Below, in pieces: positions 37,616-50,600 of a DNA stretch of 64,000 bases (within the stretch, counting starts at the first letter, position 1; each line of letters opens with the position of its first letter). The notes beneath the pieces are model-generated. The model made no database searches. It was not told where the DNA came from and saw nothing but the letters and a program-made list of their open reading frames with translations. The DNA lies in the NCBI GenBank assembly GCA_907165135.1, contig OU015566.1, forward strand, positions 2,356,001 through 2,420,000, written 5' to 3'. The translations under genes and the position numbers were made by a program. Source of the DNA: Oikopleura dioica. Its lineage: Eukaryota > Animalia > Chordata.

Positions 37616-38390
37616 CTAGAAAGGTGGAAGACCGAATTCTTCCGGCTTGAATTCGAGCATACTTCCAAGAACAACCGTTGCTCCTTTTCTTCCTTCTTCG
37701 GAAAGACGACTGAATTTAATAATGAAAAACCAAGGAACAACCATTTATTACCTATCAGGGACCATGACGACTTGCATGCCAGCAGCCAGGGCTGATTTTA
37801 CCCCATTCGGCGCATCTTCGAAAGCGAGACATTTGCTCGCCTCTGGAACTGGCGAAAATCTCTGGCGGCAAATTTCGAAAGCGTCTGGCGCCGGCTTTCC
37901 GTTTTTTACTTCTGGATCGCTGCCGCACTTGACGATGTGAAGGAAGTTTTTCATGAATTCCGTGTGATTCTTTCCGGTCTTCAAATCGAAGGCTTCTTTA
38001 CTTGAACCAGTCGTAATTGCTGAATTTGGAATAGTCTGGGATAGAAATGGGTGCCTTACCGATCGGAATATTGTGCTTTTTGAGATGGTCGATGAGTCGC
38101 TGAACTCCAGGAAGAAGAACGCAGTTTGGGAACACTTTTGGGTACTCTTGAGAAACGTTTTCAATCCAACTCTCGGGTGTGAATTGGTCTTCCAAGTCCA
38201 GTTCTTTCAACAAGATCGCTGCGGCTTCAAGGGGCTTTCTTCCCATCAATTTCGCTTTCGTTTCAAAAGTGTACTCTCTATCGACGCGTTTCAAGCAGTT
38301 GACGTACGCTTCTGTGTACAGATCTTCTGTATTCAGCAGCAAACCATCCATATCGAAGAGGCAGTGCGTCACAGGGTTAAACTTTGTCAT
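37616..38390 (-). CDS. PUDP: Pseudouridine-5'-phosphatase (HDHD1), HAD family
   Basis: THCLFDMDGLLLNTE, GKPAPDAF, CLAFEDAPNGVKSALAAGM, FKPEEFGLPPF*. Confidence 0.92.
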
Positions 38391-38569
38391 GGCTTATTTC
38401 GAAACAGACTATCAAACATGCAATTAATTTTCCGGTCATCAAGAAAACGCATCGATCGGTTTGTTATCAAAAATATTAATTTATTCAACATAGAAAAAAG
38501 TAAAAAAAAATAACTATCGAGGCAGGAATGGGTCAAGTAAGGAATGGTTTCTGTAACAGCTGATAATTA

Positions 38570-41500
38570 TCAATATGCTTCTCCTGCCGATGAACTCAGT
38601 TGGTCTCGAATACGGAAAAGCTCATTCCGCAAGCTGTTGATTTCCATTTGCGCTCTGAAATGACGAATGAAGAAAATGAAAGAATTTTCGTTATTTTACT
38701 TGTTGAACTGGTTGTTTTTCGCATTGAGCGTCGTCTTGAGATTGATGATCGTGTCTGTTTGGTCGACCATCGCTTCTTTTCGCATTAATGGCGAATCCTC
38801 GCCTTGCATGATTTTTCTCAAGCGCACTTCTTTCTGCGCGTTTGCAGCTTCCATTTCTGACAGTTTCTTGAAAAGAAATAAAATTTTGGTACAGGGCAGA
38901 TATAACTTACTTTTGCGAAATGTGACAAGTTTTCTGGTAAGCTATTTTGACGGACGAGCTCTAGTTCTATTCGCATGTTCTCCAACTCCACTTGCGCAGC
39001 TGAAACATTATTTGTTTTTCTTCAATACTCTACTTTATACCTGTTCTTTCTTTCAGAATATTATTCGCCGCTCGCTGGAAATTCTGGCACTGTTTATGCA
39101 TATCCACAACCAGCTGCTGTCGGGCATCAATTTCAGCTTGCGCTTGTTTCACCGATTCGACGCTCTTCAAGTATCGCTCCTCAAACACGTTTCTATCTTC
39201 GATTGACGCTTGAAGTCGGTTTTCAAGTTCCACCGAATTTTGACAATTTTCTTCCGCTCGAGCAAGCTTTGATTCTAGCAGCGGAACGCGCTCTGCAATC
39301 AACCGGATTCTAGCGTTTTCTTGAGTCAGCTTTTCCATTTCGAACTCGTGGCTTTCTACTGCTATGTCCAATCGACCGGCTTTTTCGCGGAGTTCGTGCA
39401 GTTGACTGTATAAATCGCGCTTCTCTCGCTTCAGGGTGCCCGCTTCATCTTGAAGAACATGGTCAAGGGTGTTTCCTAAGTCTCTGACAAACCTTTGAGC
39501 TGCCGAATTTTCTTCTCGTCCAGAATACTGGAAGCGCTGCTCGAGGAATCATTATCGAATTGACAAGCAAAGGAGTTCATCTTCGACTTTGATTTGTTCT
39601 GATTTTTCGACAGAAAATCAAGCTCTGCTTTGCACTTGCCCAACTCGATGGTGAGCTTTTTGATCTCATCATTTTTCGTCATGCTCAGTTGCTCGATCTT
39701 TTCTGAGACGTTGTTTGCCGATGAAGAAGTGACGGAGAGCTGCTTCATCAGGTCCGTTACTTCTTTTTCTAATGAGACAAGTCAAATCAAAGAAAAAGAC
39801 ATCGAAGAAAAAAATCTTTCGGGAAAAGATTTTTTAAAACGGAGGTCCCATGATTTGAAATAATTTTACCTTTCGAATTGAGCTGTTCTCTCAATCTCCG
39901 AGCAACTAAACTTTCACTTTCGACGCTGTTCCGAGAAATTCGCAGTTCATCCTCGAGCTGCGCAACTTTTCGTCGCTCCTCGTCTCGTTGTCGATTAGCT
40001 TCTCGGGCGGCGACTTCTGTGTTTCGGCGAAGAGTCTCTTCTTTTTTCAGTAAGTTTTCAAGTCGGTCAATTGTGTCGTTTTCTTGAGACAAGCCATGAG
40101 TTGTGCTTGTTCGTAACTCGGTTATTTTCAGCTCCAGTTCTGAAGAAAGGACTTAGAATGTGAAAAGTTACAGATGAAGTCTGAGCCAGGGTGTCTAAAT
40201 TGGACAAAATTTCCGGGTCTGGCCGGCCATTTTCCGGCCAATAATTTTTTCTCGGGTTTGATCCGGCCAAAATCCAATCCAATTCCAATTTAGCCCAATA
40301 ATCCAATAATTTGCCAATTATGAAATTCCCCAATTTAGCCATTTTTCCAATTATTGTCCGATTCCAATAAATATCCGGATCCGATAAAAATCCGACAAAG
40401 TTTACTCTCCAAAAATATTTCCGGTTTATATTATCTTATTTCTTCTCTAAAAAACTAAAAAAATGACTTTAAGAATTGCTTTTTGGACCCAAAAGTACAC
40501 TAATTCCACTAATTGTAGTCATTACTCGGGTTAATTTAGGAGTATTTTTGGTAAAAATTTGATCAAAACGGCTAATTCGGCTGGTTGCCCTACAATTTTC
40601 CAGTATTCCAATATATTTTGGCCGCCAATTTACCCTTTTTAGCCCCGGTTTCCAATTTATCCCTACTATCCAATAATGCCCAATAATCCGAAATATCCAA
40701 CAAAACCGGGGCCAGATCCAACCAATTTCCGGCTATTTTCCAAAATAGGCCAATCCAACTATCCAATCCAGTTTTGTCCGTCCAAATTAGACACCCTGGT
40801 CTGAGCTCAGCTACTTTGTGATCGACTCAGGCCTTGTTTTAACCACTCAGAACCTTAGTTCTTTTAAAATTTAAATAAGCGAGAAATGATTTTTCTGGCT
40901 GGGGGGACAAAAGTCCAGCACCAACTCCTGGGCGAGCTACCACACCGCGCTACTAGCCAAGATATGGGGGCGCAACGGAGCGCGCCCGCTGAAATCAAAA
41001 GCACTTGATGGAAAATGAAAGCTTACCATCTTCAGATTATGAACAAGAAGAAGTGATCTTAATTATAAATAATAGCTATAATTACTATTATTAGGTTGGG
41101 CACAATTAAAACAGGGTAAATATTCTCGCTTGGGCTCATTAAATTAATGGGTATCAGATTTTTTGGAAGAGTTTTTATCTAAATCATTAATTCCACGTTT
41201 CGAATCGACCCTCAAATGATGATATGAGCAGAAAATATTTAATCTAATTGCCCCTTACCACGGGGCTTCGCCCCTTAGGTCCTAAAATGCCGGGGTCTAG
41301 TCTAGGGTTACTTAGGGTTACCTTCGGTAACCCTAACTAACCCTAGCCTATCCCCCTCGTGTGAGACTGTTCTGTCATTTTGCGCGGTGCCCCCTAACCC
41401 TAACCTTTAAATTAAGCCAATCATTAATTAAAGCCATTCATAATATTAGTTAATTAATTCATTTAGTAGAGGGGAGAGAAGCGAGTTTGAATCGAGCGGC

Positions 41501-43979
41501 TCTTGCAGCGAGAGTGTTGCTCGCGAGCGCTACTCAGCGAGGGCCTGTATTGTGGTGTGGTAGCTCGGCCAGGAGTTGGTGCTGGACTTTTGTCCCGATT
41601 CCCGATTTTTCTTACCTTTATTTCTGAGATACAATTTTTCGTTCTCGAGCTGATAGGAAGACAATAGCTTCTCGTTTTCTTTGTTAATTTCTTGTTGCTG
41701 CTGATCGCCATTATCACTTGGAAAATACAACTTCTGGCTGAATTCGTTCGCTCTTTGGACTCGCTGAAGATGTTCTTGCTCTGCCAGATAGTAGTTTGAA
41801 AGCTCGACTGTTTTTGTTTGGGATAACTGATGGATGAGTTCGTCAAAATAGTGCTTGAGCGTGTCCTCTATCATTTACATACAAAAAACGCTGAATAAAG
41901 AAATTCGTTAAAAATAGAACCCAGCCCTGCTCGCGCTTCTTTTCTTGCTCCAATTGTTCGCGCAGACTTTCAACTTCACTTTTGTCATTTTGAAGCGAAG
42001 AAGCGAAGCCCTGCGATTGCGAGAGCCGCAACTGGCTCTTTTTTCGTTTCTCGACTTTTGCCGCTTCTACTTTTGCGGCTAAACGGGGCGAGATTCGAGG
42101 CCGTTGGCTGGATGAAGGCTTGTAAGTAGCGTTTCCGTAGCCGCTGCTTTTCACGTGGCTGAAGTCGGGCTTCTTGTGGCTAGATGTCTGTGAATTAGGG
42201 TAGGCGTAAGAATTCCAAAAACGAAATTCATCAGAATTTCTTCAAATAGAAAGATATCCAGCTTTCGGCGACCCTAACCTTAGATCCTTCTTTCGTGTCT
42301 ATTCTTTTTTCGATCTTTTCGACCTTTTGCGGCTTTTTCTGCGGCTCAAATGTGTGAGCTAGTTTCTTCTGGTTTGATGCTTCTTGAGTCAAATTGAGAA
42401 GTTCGGCGAGAGAACTATCCGCCAGCGAGATTTCGTGAGTTTTGCCAAAGTCTTCCGGTGGAATATCAGCTATCGAAACTGACAAAGAACGCAACGATTG
42501 AGACTTTTCATCGAGATCGTCGATGGCCTTTGTCGCTTCTGTCTTCTGCGGCTCCTCTGAAGCTTGTAATTTCCTAGTTGATTCTGATTTGACGATTTCG
42601 AAAGCATCGTTTTCTTCGTTTTCAGAAACAGACGCTGATTTTGGAGTTTCAAAGATTGATTCGTCTTTCTGTGGTTGTAGGCCCAAAAGATCATCGATGC
42701 TCAAAGATTTCTCTTCGTCCTCCTTTTCTAATTGAGACTGATTTTGACTGATTGCCTCTGAATCAGATTTCGCTTCGACATAAGGCTCAAGGAAGTCGAC
42801 GCCGATCCCTTGAGTTCCTGCAGCTTCTCCAATTTCTGTTGCTTCTGTGACTGAATCGTCAGAGCTTCAGAAGGGCTCGTTTCTGATTTATAATATTTTA
42901 TACAAACAGAACTTTATCCTCGTTTTTTGATAAATTATCTGTTTTTTTTTAATATTTTTTTTAAATAAATGAAACCCTTCACTTGACTCGTCGACATTTT
43001 GAACAGTCACCGGCTGAAGTGAGTCCATTTCCATTCCTCCGTTTTCACTCTTCTTCTCCGAATTCGTCAATTCACTATCTTCCTTGAGCGTATCGGACTC
43101 GATAGAATCGTTCTCAATCGAAGGGGAAACCGACAAATTCTCATTTTTCTCGGTCGATTCGGTGGCGTCGGAGAAGATGGAGCCAGTATTGCTCGATTCG
43201 TTTTCAGCTTTTTCGGAATTTTGAATTTCAAAATCGCTGCTTTCGCTTTTTTCGCTGTCGATAGATTTCTCGGTCGATTTCGATTTTTCGCTCTCGCTTT
43301 TTCGAATCTCCTCAACGACTTCTTTCAGCTCTTCCAGCCCTTCCAGCGTCCCTGTCTGCCCAAATCTGTTATTCCCTCCCGGACTGTCTGGTAAACAACC
43401 CAAGCTGTGCAACGCGGAGTTTTGCTGAGCCAGTCGATTGGCAAACTCCTGCCGCTCGAGACTTTCGGTATTCACTCCTTCTGTAGTGGTGCTGTCACCG
43501 ACAAGCATTTGCGACTCGATCGCTGCTAGGATTCCACCAGGTTCGTCAGGCAAAGAAGTGTCGACTCGACTAGGCGGAGCGGGAGGTTTTGAAGCTAGAG
43601 TTAAGGCTCGACAAAGGCTTTAAACATGAGCATTTTTATATGAAAAGTTCATTTTTCCTCTCCTGTGCCAAGGAAACACAGGACTTGACAGGAATAGGAA
43701 CCCTGACTCAGGTTTTCAGACTGGAAAATTTCAAGTTTGCCGAGCCGTCCCTAGAATATCGTCAAGTTCAGTGAGCGTCGCGGTTTTGATAAATCTTGAA
43801 GGCGCCTTCTCAAAATCTTCTGAGCTGGAAACATTCCAATCGAGCGATTTCGCCGCCCCTTTCGGAGTTCTTCCGGTGTCTTTTCCCGAAGTTAGATCGG
43901 AGCCGGAAATCGAAGCCATCAAAAACTTTTCAAACTCCTTGTCGCTGTCATTTTCCGATTTGTCGGAGTCGGAACTCAT
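38570..43979 (-). CDS. Long coiled-coil centrosomal protein, CEP162-like
   Basis: N-terminal DKEFEKFL; acidic S/E-rich region; EKLLSSYQLENEKLY; coiled coils; C-terminal MEINSLRNELFRI; many introns, model approximate. Confidence 0.55.
40187..40798. mobile_element. hAT-type MITE (intronic)
   Basis: 8-bp TSD GTCTGAGC; TIR CAGGGTGTCTAAATTGGAC; interior rich in CCAAT/ATCCG subterminal repeats. Confidence 0.9.
40897..41603. mobile_element. Mutator-like non-autonomous element (intronic)
   Basis: 9-bp direct repeat GATTTTTCT (40888-40896, 41604-41612); about 45-bp inverted repeats GGGACAAAAGTCCAGCACCAACTCCTGG.CGAGCTACCACACC. Confidence 0.7.
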
Positions 43980-44004
43980 TCTGAAAAGCGCGAAAATTAG
44001 ATTT

Positions 44005-44979
44005 TCAACATTTCTGCAAAATATTTTTCACTTTTTCAAGTGTGCCCAAATAAATAAAGCCGCCCAAAGTGATCCAGAAAGTTCGGGGATAAACTCCAGC
44101 GAAAAGGGCTCCAAAGCCTTCGTTTTTGTAAACAGACGAAAGAATTGCCGGAATATTATAAGATCCGTTCGTTTGGTCCAGCATTATTCGTGTTTTTGCC
44201 ACATCTGAACAGAATCTTCAAAAACAGGAAAAGTATTGTCCCTACCTAATGGTGTCGTAGTAGAAGCAGCAATAGCCCCTGAAATGGCACCGCAAAAGCC
44301 AGATTCAAAGAAACCCAGATCTCGTTCAATTTTCGCTTTTTTCTGATAAAAACTTTTCAGCGCTTCCCAAATCGGAAATTGAATAATCGAAAACGGCACT
44401 TCTCGGCAAATCGTCGCCGCAAAGCCTCTGTAAAATCCGGGAATTCCTAGAATTATGTTTTACTTGAGAATGACTGAATTGAATTTTTACCTTCTTTCGC
44501 GAAAATTAATTTAAAATTTTCGCTCGAAGAAGAAATCGTCGTCGCTTGGCATCGTTGCTTGACCACTTCTACCGGCACTCGGATCATGCAAGCGCCAATT
44601 TCGCCGATAGATGGCGCGAGAAAGTTATTCTTGAACTTCTCGAGTTTCTCGTTTTCGACTTTTTGTCTTCTGATTCCTTCGTAGATGCTGAAGAACAGGG
44701 CGGAGCCAGGTACTGAGCCGGCGGAAACGATTCCCAGTCCACGGTATAGACCCTTGAAACCGCCTGCTTTGAAGAATCCATCTTTTGATTGGAGACGGGT
44801 TTTTACTGTGTCGACTTTTCACAGGCTCAAAAATAATAGAGGATATTTTTTTAAATTTTGATTTTTTTTTGTATAAAAATATTTTTTATTGAAATTTTTG
44901 GGCCCGTTTTTGGAAAGAGTGAAATATCAACAACAAATCCAGCTGCTCCTCCTGCCGTCAAATCTTTCCAGGCTGCCAT
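44005..44979 (-). CDS. SLC25A26: Mitochondrial S-adenosylmethionine carrier
   Basis: LTAGGAAGFVVDISLFP, VDTVKTRLQS..GFFKAGGF, GSAPGSALFF, REVPFSIIQFPIWE, GLFAGVYPRTFWITLGGFIYLG. Confidence 0.92.
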
Positions 44980-45029
44980 TTCTAGCGCTTCTTTTTTCTC
45001 TTCCTTCGTCTTTGTGAAAAATTCTCCTT

Positions 45030-45565
45030 GAATTGGTTGCAGCCAATCAGCGCGCGCCTTTGCTTCAGCGCTCCACTGGCGGCGCCAAAGTTCCAAATTT
45101 AATTTTGACGATCAGAAATCGGTCCGTAGTCAAGATTAACTTCTCAATACACGGGCGCGCTACTAAGCGCTCAAAACACGGGGTCCAATTATTGGACCAC
45201 AATGCATTATCCAGTCCCGCGCGGCGCGCCAAATTCAGAGTGTGAAAAACAGCGCTCAGGACATTTGGCTCTTATTGACGTTTCCGTTGGGTAAAAAGCT
45301 CGTAAATATATTGCTAGAAAGCTTGAACCCTCTTCTATAAAAATAAACAATTGTAAATCGAAAAATCCGTTCCGATTTTTCACCATAGAGCGAAAGAGAA
45401 ATCTGGCGCAAAACGCCACCACTTTTGAGTTTTCATTCGAAACTACACAGAGTGGTTCGTTTTTGTCCTGTCAGCTCACATTACAAAATTCAGGTCAACC
45501 AGATAACTACAACGGGGATTACAGGGGGTCAAAGTCGCCGTGGTCCAATGATTGGACCACGTGCA
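45030..45565. promoter_or_regulatory. Bidirectional promoter region with CCAAT boxes and ERSE-II-like palindromes
   Basis: CCAAT at 45043; GGTCCAATTATTGGACC at 45182-45198; CGTGGTCCAATGATTGGACCACG at 45539-45561; lies between divergent ATGs at 44979 and 45773. Confidence 0.55.
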
Positions 45566-45772
45566 TTGAGAAGTTAAGGGACTCGTACTCCATTTGTAAT
45601 GATCGATACCGTATGCTAAAATTCATACCGTATATTGTTGAGCAAGCAGTGGTAAAAATGACGTTTTGATAAATTAAAATTTATTGCAAAGATGACGAGC
45701 CACAAGAGATGCCATGGTATTTGCTCAGGAGCTCGTCTCAATTCTGGCTAATTTTCTTCTCAAATTCAAAAT

Positions 45773-47322
45773 ATGCGTTTTTTGATTTTCGGCCTTTTTA
45801 TTTCCGTCGATTCAACTTCCCTTTCTCGCCATTCCAAAGAGAAATCAGAAAATTATTCTGATATAAAAGAAGATGTCTGCCCGTAAATGACAATTTCTTG
45901 AATCATCAGCTCGTAATTATGATTGTTTTTAGCGACGAGGATCTTTTCGATGAGTGCTCTGGCTTATGCAGACTTAACTATCAACAGTGTCTTGTAAATT
46001 GCGACTCTTCAGTCTGCCAGAACGAGTGCGCCAATTCCTTTTCTGGTAACAAAATCAAAAGAGCACATCGTATATTTTTGCTAAGGATGTGTTTCATATT
46101 GTCCGTGCGGCGTTAATTGTATCGATGGCTGCAGCAAATGTGAGCACCCACTTTGCTTGTCATCGTCTCCATCGTCAACGACGACAGATTCTCCCATCGA
46201 CCAAGTATGAAAATAGCAAGATTGATAATTCCGATGTAAAATTAAGTCGAATGTGCATATTCTGGTAATCCCACAAATACACGCCGCTTACATTGTCTCC
46301 GGCGACGGCTCGAAAACTTCAAAAGCAAAAATAGACGCCCCTGACTCCGATTTCTACACCGATCAGGCTCCTTCTGCAGTGATTCGCAATGAGTTGTATA
46401 TTTTTGGAGGAGATAGAGGAGACAAATATAAGGTAGTTACTCTTCAGCTAAAAATTTACCGAAATTTTTAGATCGCTAAATTTGTAACATGCGAGTTTGT
46501 TGAGCTTTCTATAAAGATGAATTATAAATATACTTACGTCTCGTCAGCACTTTCGATCGAAAAGGGCGAAAGAGGTGAGAGCTCGCGGATTTAGTTTGTC
46601 AAAAAAAATTTTAGCTTTGGTTTGCTTTCCAAATGAAAGGCGCGAAAGCATCGAAGAAAAAGGCTGCGAAATTTTCGACATTCATGGAGCGACGATAACG
46701 AGTTTCGCTCAATATACCCATCATCAAGGAAAACTTGGCGTTTATAAGGGAAAACCAACGACTGTTGGAAGTGAAATAGAAGATGGAAAGAAAAAAGTAG
46801 AGACTTGGAGTTCAACTGGTGGCTGGGAAGCATTGCCAGATTATCCGAGGTAAGGAAACACAGACTTTATACAGACTTTATAGTTGTTGATGCTGATTTT
46901 GAAGGGCTGTTTACGGTCATACTCTAACAAGTCTGGGAAACAGTGCAATGATTTTGGCCGGTGGTTATGTTGATGATGAGAGCGAAGGAATAACGAATGA
47001 AATTCGAATGCTCAAAGACGGATCCTGGTCGATTCTTGGGAATCTCAAACGCGTATGAGATTTTAAATTTGTCAAATTTATGATAAGAAAACTCACTAAG
47101 GCTCATCTTGTTGGCTCTTCCCTACGAAAAGGACAATTCATATATCTTGCATCAGGCGAGAATGAAAATTCTAAAGAAGCTCATTCACGTGCAGTTGAAA
47201 GGATTCAAATTTCAAACGATGAGTTGATCGAGACTGTTGTTATTGGAGGTCATGATGTCAATGGCAGAATTCCAGTCCTTTATGAAACCTCGCCAGACTC
47301 TTGTGCAGAGAATAATTTCTGA
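45773..47322 (+). CDS. Secreted protein with Cys-rich N-terminus and kelch-like beta-propeller
   Basis: MRFLIFGLFISVDS signal; C-x3-C repeats (CSGLC..CLVNC..CQNEC); LYIFGG; GWEALPDYPR; ILAGG...W..LGNL. Confidence 0.7.
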
Positions 47323-47611
47323 TTTTTTTATTCTAATGAGTGAAGAAAACCCATTTTTAAAACATCTTCATATAAAAAGTTTAGTTATTCAAAACAAATA
47401 ATTGTATTAATTGCTCAAATATTTGCCAAACTGCAAGCATGCGCGGTCACTCGCTTGTCTTTTTTTACAATTTTGCTGAGGTCACATATTTAACGCTCCG
47501 TGTAAAAAAATTTTTATTTTTGTTCTTTATAAAGTAGGGTCGGTCATTTGCGGAATAGGAGTCGAGACGGAACTCAAATTTTTTAGTCAAAGTTTTATTA
47601 TAAATTAAAAT

Positions 47612-50600
47612 CTATCCACCATCATAAAAATTTCTCCATTCAGGCCATTGTTTTTTGTAGATTTTTCTGCTCAAGCCAAGCTCTTGCATAGTCATGTGCT
47701 GGCATAGCAGACTCTTCTTGCCTTGCTCAGATAGCTAAAAAGTATTTCAAAATATTAAATCATATACATAAATACCTCATAACTCTTCATTGTTACCCCT
47801 CCAACAGGGTAAGCACAATCATTATCATCTGGTGGACATATTTTTTCTCCAGCAAGACAAAACTTATTGATTGCCTTGAGTTTGCCATCAAGAATCTTCA
47901 TGTCATTTTCGAAATTTGGCGTAGAAGCAATTTTGTTCCAAAAGGTTGAGTTAAAATGTTGATATATCGCATTGTCGAATGAATTCCAGTCTCGCATTTT
48001 TTGAGCTATATATCAAACGTTTATCATAAGGGTGCATAAATTATTAAATAAAAAAATCATTACCCAAATCATCGGAGATTGTCTCTTTCTCCGATCTAGA
48101 ATTCGTGACAAAAAATAGCACATCGTCCCACTCCCAGCAAAGCTCGTTTTTAAGCAAAACCATGCTCTCCTGGAAATAGTCGGACAGCAAGACCAGATCG
48201 AATGTATGGTCGAGATACTTAATGCTGGCTTCAAGCTTTGATGTGTCGAACGAATCAACCCCGAGGTCGAAGGCAACATGATTTCGGGCGCGAACTTCAC
48301 CATATTTGTTTAAATTTCTAAGCAATGTTTGAAATAAGATTGATTTAAATAACAGTGACAAGTTCTTTCAATTAACATAATATAAAAGAATGACTTTTGG
48401 AAATTGTCAATATCTGAATTCTCGGTCAGAAAGATTACATCTGCTTACGACGGTAAATATAAGTCTTTTATAAGTTTTTTTCAAACACTCAATTAATTGC
48501 AGTGATATTGTAATAAGCGGCTGGATTGGCATAAAAGGTCTTGATATCCCCAGCTGCTTTGTAAGCATCACATTCGTGTTTAAAATAACTAAAACAGTGC
48601 ATTTTCAAAATAATCGCTATGGGTAAAAATAAGATGCTAAAAAAAGCTGACTTACGCAAAGGAACTCTCATAAAGAGACGGAATATCTCTCAAAATCAGG
48701 GCTGGCAAAATCGTGTCCCACTTTACGCCATAATTTTAAATGGGATTCAACAGTAAGCGTTCCCTTGATATTTGAAGGAGTATCCGAGCATTTACCCGAT
48801 AAGAGATTCGTGGCAGTTTCACGGCCTCGCGGCCTGATAATCCGTCAATCAACGAGGGTCATTCAAAAGACGACGGGGTTTGCATGGATCCGAATAGTCA
48901 AGCACAATCTCGTTCTAACAATTTTTTGGGGTCCGAACAATTTTTTAAAGTGCAATCAGTTGGGCACCTTTTTGCCAGCCCCGATCAGAATCGTTATTCG
49001 TTTTGCACCCTTGAAAGTTTTGTATAATTTCGGCGATGCTCGGAGATGATTCGCGATAATCATTGGTTTTTCTCCATCAGGGAATTCCTTTATCATCGAT
49101 TCTTCGAATGGTTTTGGGTAATAAAACGCATTACCATTGCTTTTTGGCATGGCAATTTTTAAATCATGCTTCAATCTAGAAAATGAGAATTCACTTGTCC
49201 TGTCCAGAATTGTACATTTGAAATTATTTTCGGCTCATCCTGACTATGTCGTGAATGTCGTGAATTTCATCAATGTCGTGGCAAAAAAAGGAAAAAAAAT
49301 CCTGTTCTAGAAAAAACAACACATTAATCGGATTATTGAAAATAGCTTTTTTTTCTACCGATTAACTGATAATAAACAGAAAAAACATATAAACAAGAGA
49401 TTAAGAAGCGCTACGCACAGTTTCTGGTAGACAGTTTGCGACAGTCTTCGCAGTTTGGTAAAACTCCTTGATCAGAGTGGTAAAACATCTATTTCTTCGC
49501 CTCCTACTGTTCTGCACAATCACGATGATACTCATTTCTAGAGAAAATTCAATTTCAGATTTGCAATTTTCGCCACGACATTCACGACTTTCACAACAAA
49601 GTCAGGGAGTTCCTTATTTTCTCATAGCGAAGATAGCGGAGCTGACCTGATAATTAAGCGGAGCGTAGCGGAGCTGACCAAAAAAATTACCCCATTGCGG
49701 AGCGGAGCTGACTCAATTTTTCCCCGTAGCTAAGCGTAGCGTAGCGGACCTATTTTTCGTTCCTCCGTAGCGGAGCTAACCAGAAAAATTTTCCCGTAGC
49801 GGAGCGGGGCTCGCCGGAATTTTGCCGAAGATAGCTTAGATAAGCTGAAAAAGCTGAGAAAGGCTTAGGACGTTATTAACGCTGACTGAGGACTTATTTT
49901 ACAAAAAAAGCACTACTTTACACAGAAAAATGCCTTTTACTACACAGTGCCTTGTTTTTCACGAATGACAGCTTCATTTTACATAGTTATGATAAGAAAT
50001 TTATTAAGCTAAGCGTAGCGGAGCTAACTAAATTTTTTTTTCTCCCAAAGCTTAGCATAGCGGAGCTTGCCGTCGATGATTATTACCCATATCTAAATAT
50101 GATATTTTGAAGAGTCGAGGAGGCGGTTTTGTGTGTTTTCACGTAAACGACTTTCTTCATTGGGCAACATTTATTCCATTGTTCACTTTTTCCTACTTGA
50201 ATCTGTATTATATCTTTGTCGTCTTGATTACATTCGTAGAATACACTTAAGGGGGTAGAAACAGCTTTCTCGATTTTCGACTGTCGCTATAAAAAACAAA
50301 ATCCTAGATTTATTTATGATAACGAAATTTCCTTAAAAAATGCTTCTAGAATAGGGGTTAACTCGATATATTCGAGGTTGAAAATTAACTAAAATCGGGA
50401 GTTTTCAAGAGATGAGTTGCTTCTGAGCCAACTTACTCAAAAATCTGTTGACTTAAACCAATTTCGAGGGAGATGTTCTTAGACCTAAGATGGATCTGTC
50501 TATACGTGTAGAGAAAATTTGGTACAGTTGGTTGCGCAGGTAGTTGCCCCTTGGCAATTGCCGCTTTGGTTGCCCCTTCGCCCGCGCTTTTTCTATTGTT

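Noticed and set aside
40067-40342. 91-aa ORF within the coiled-coil gene
   Set aside because: Begins inside the hAT MITE and reads through an intron in the wrong frame
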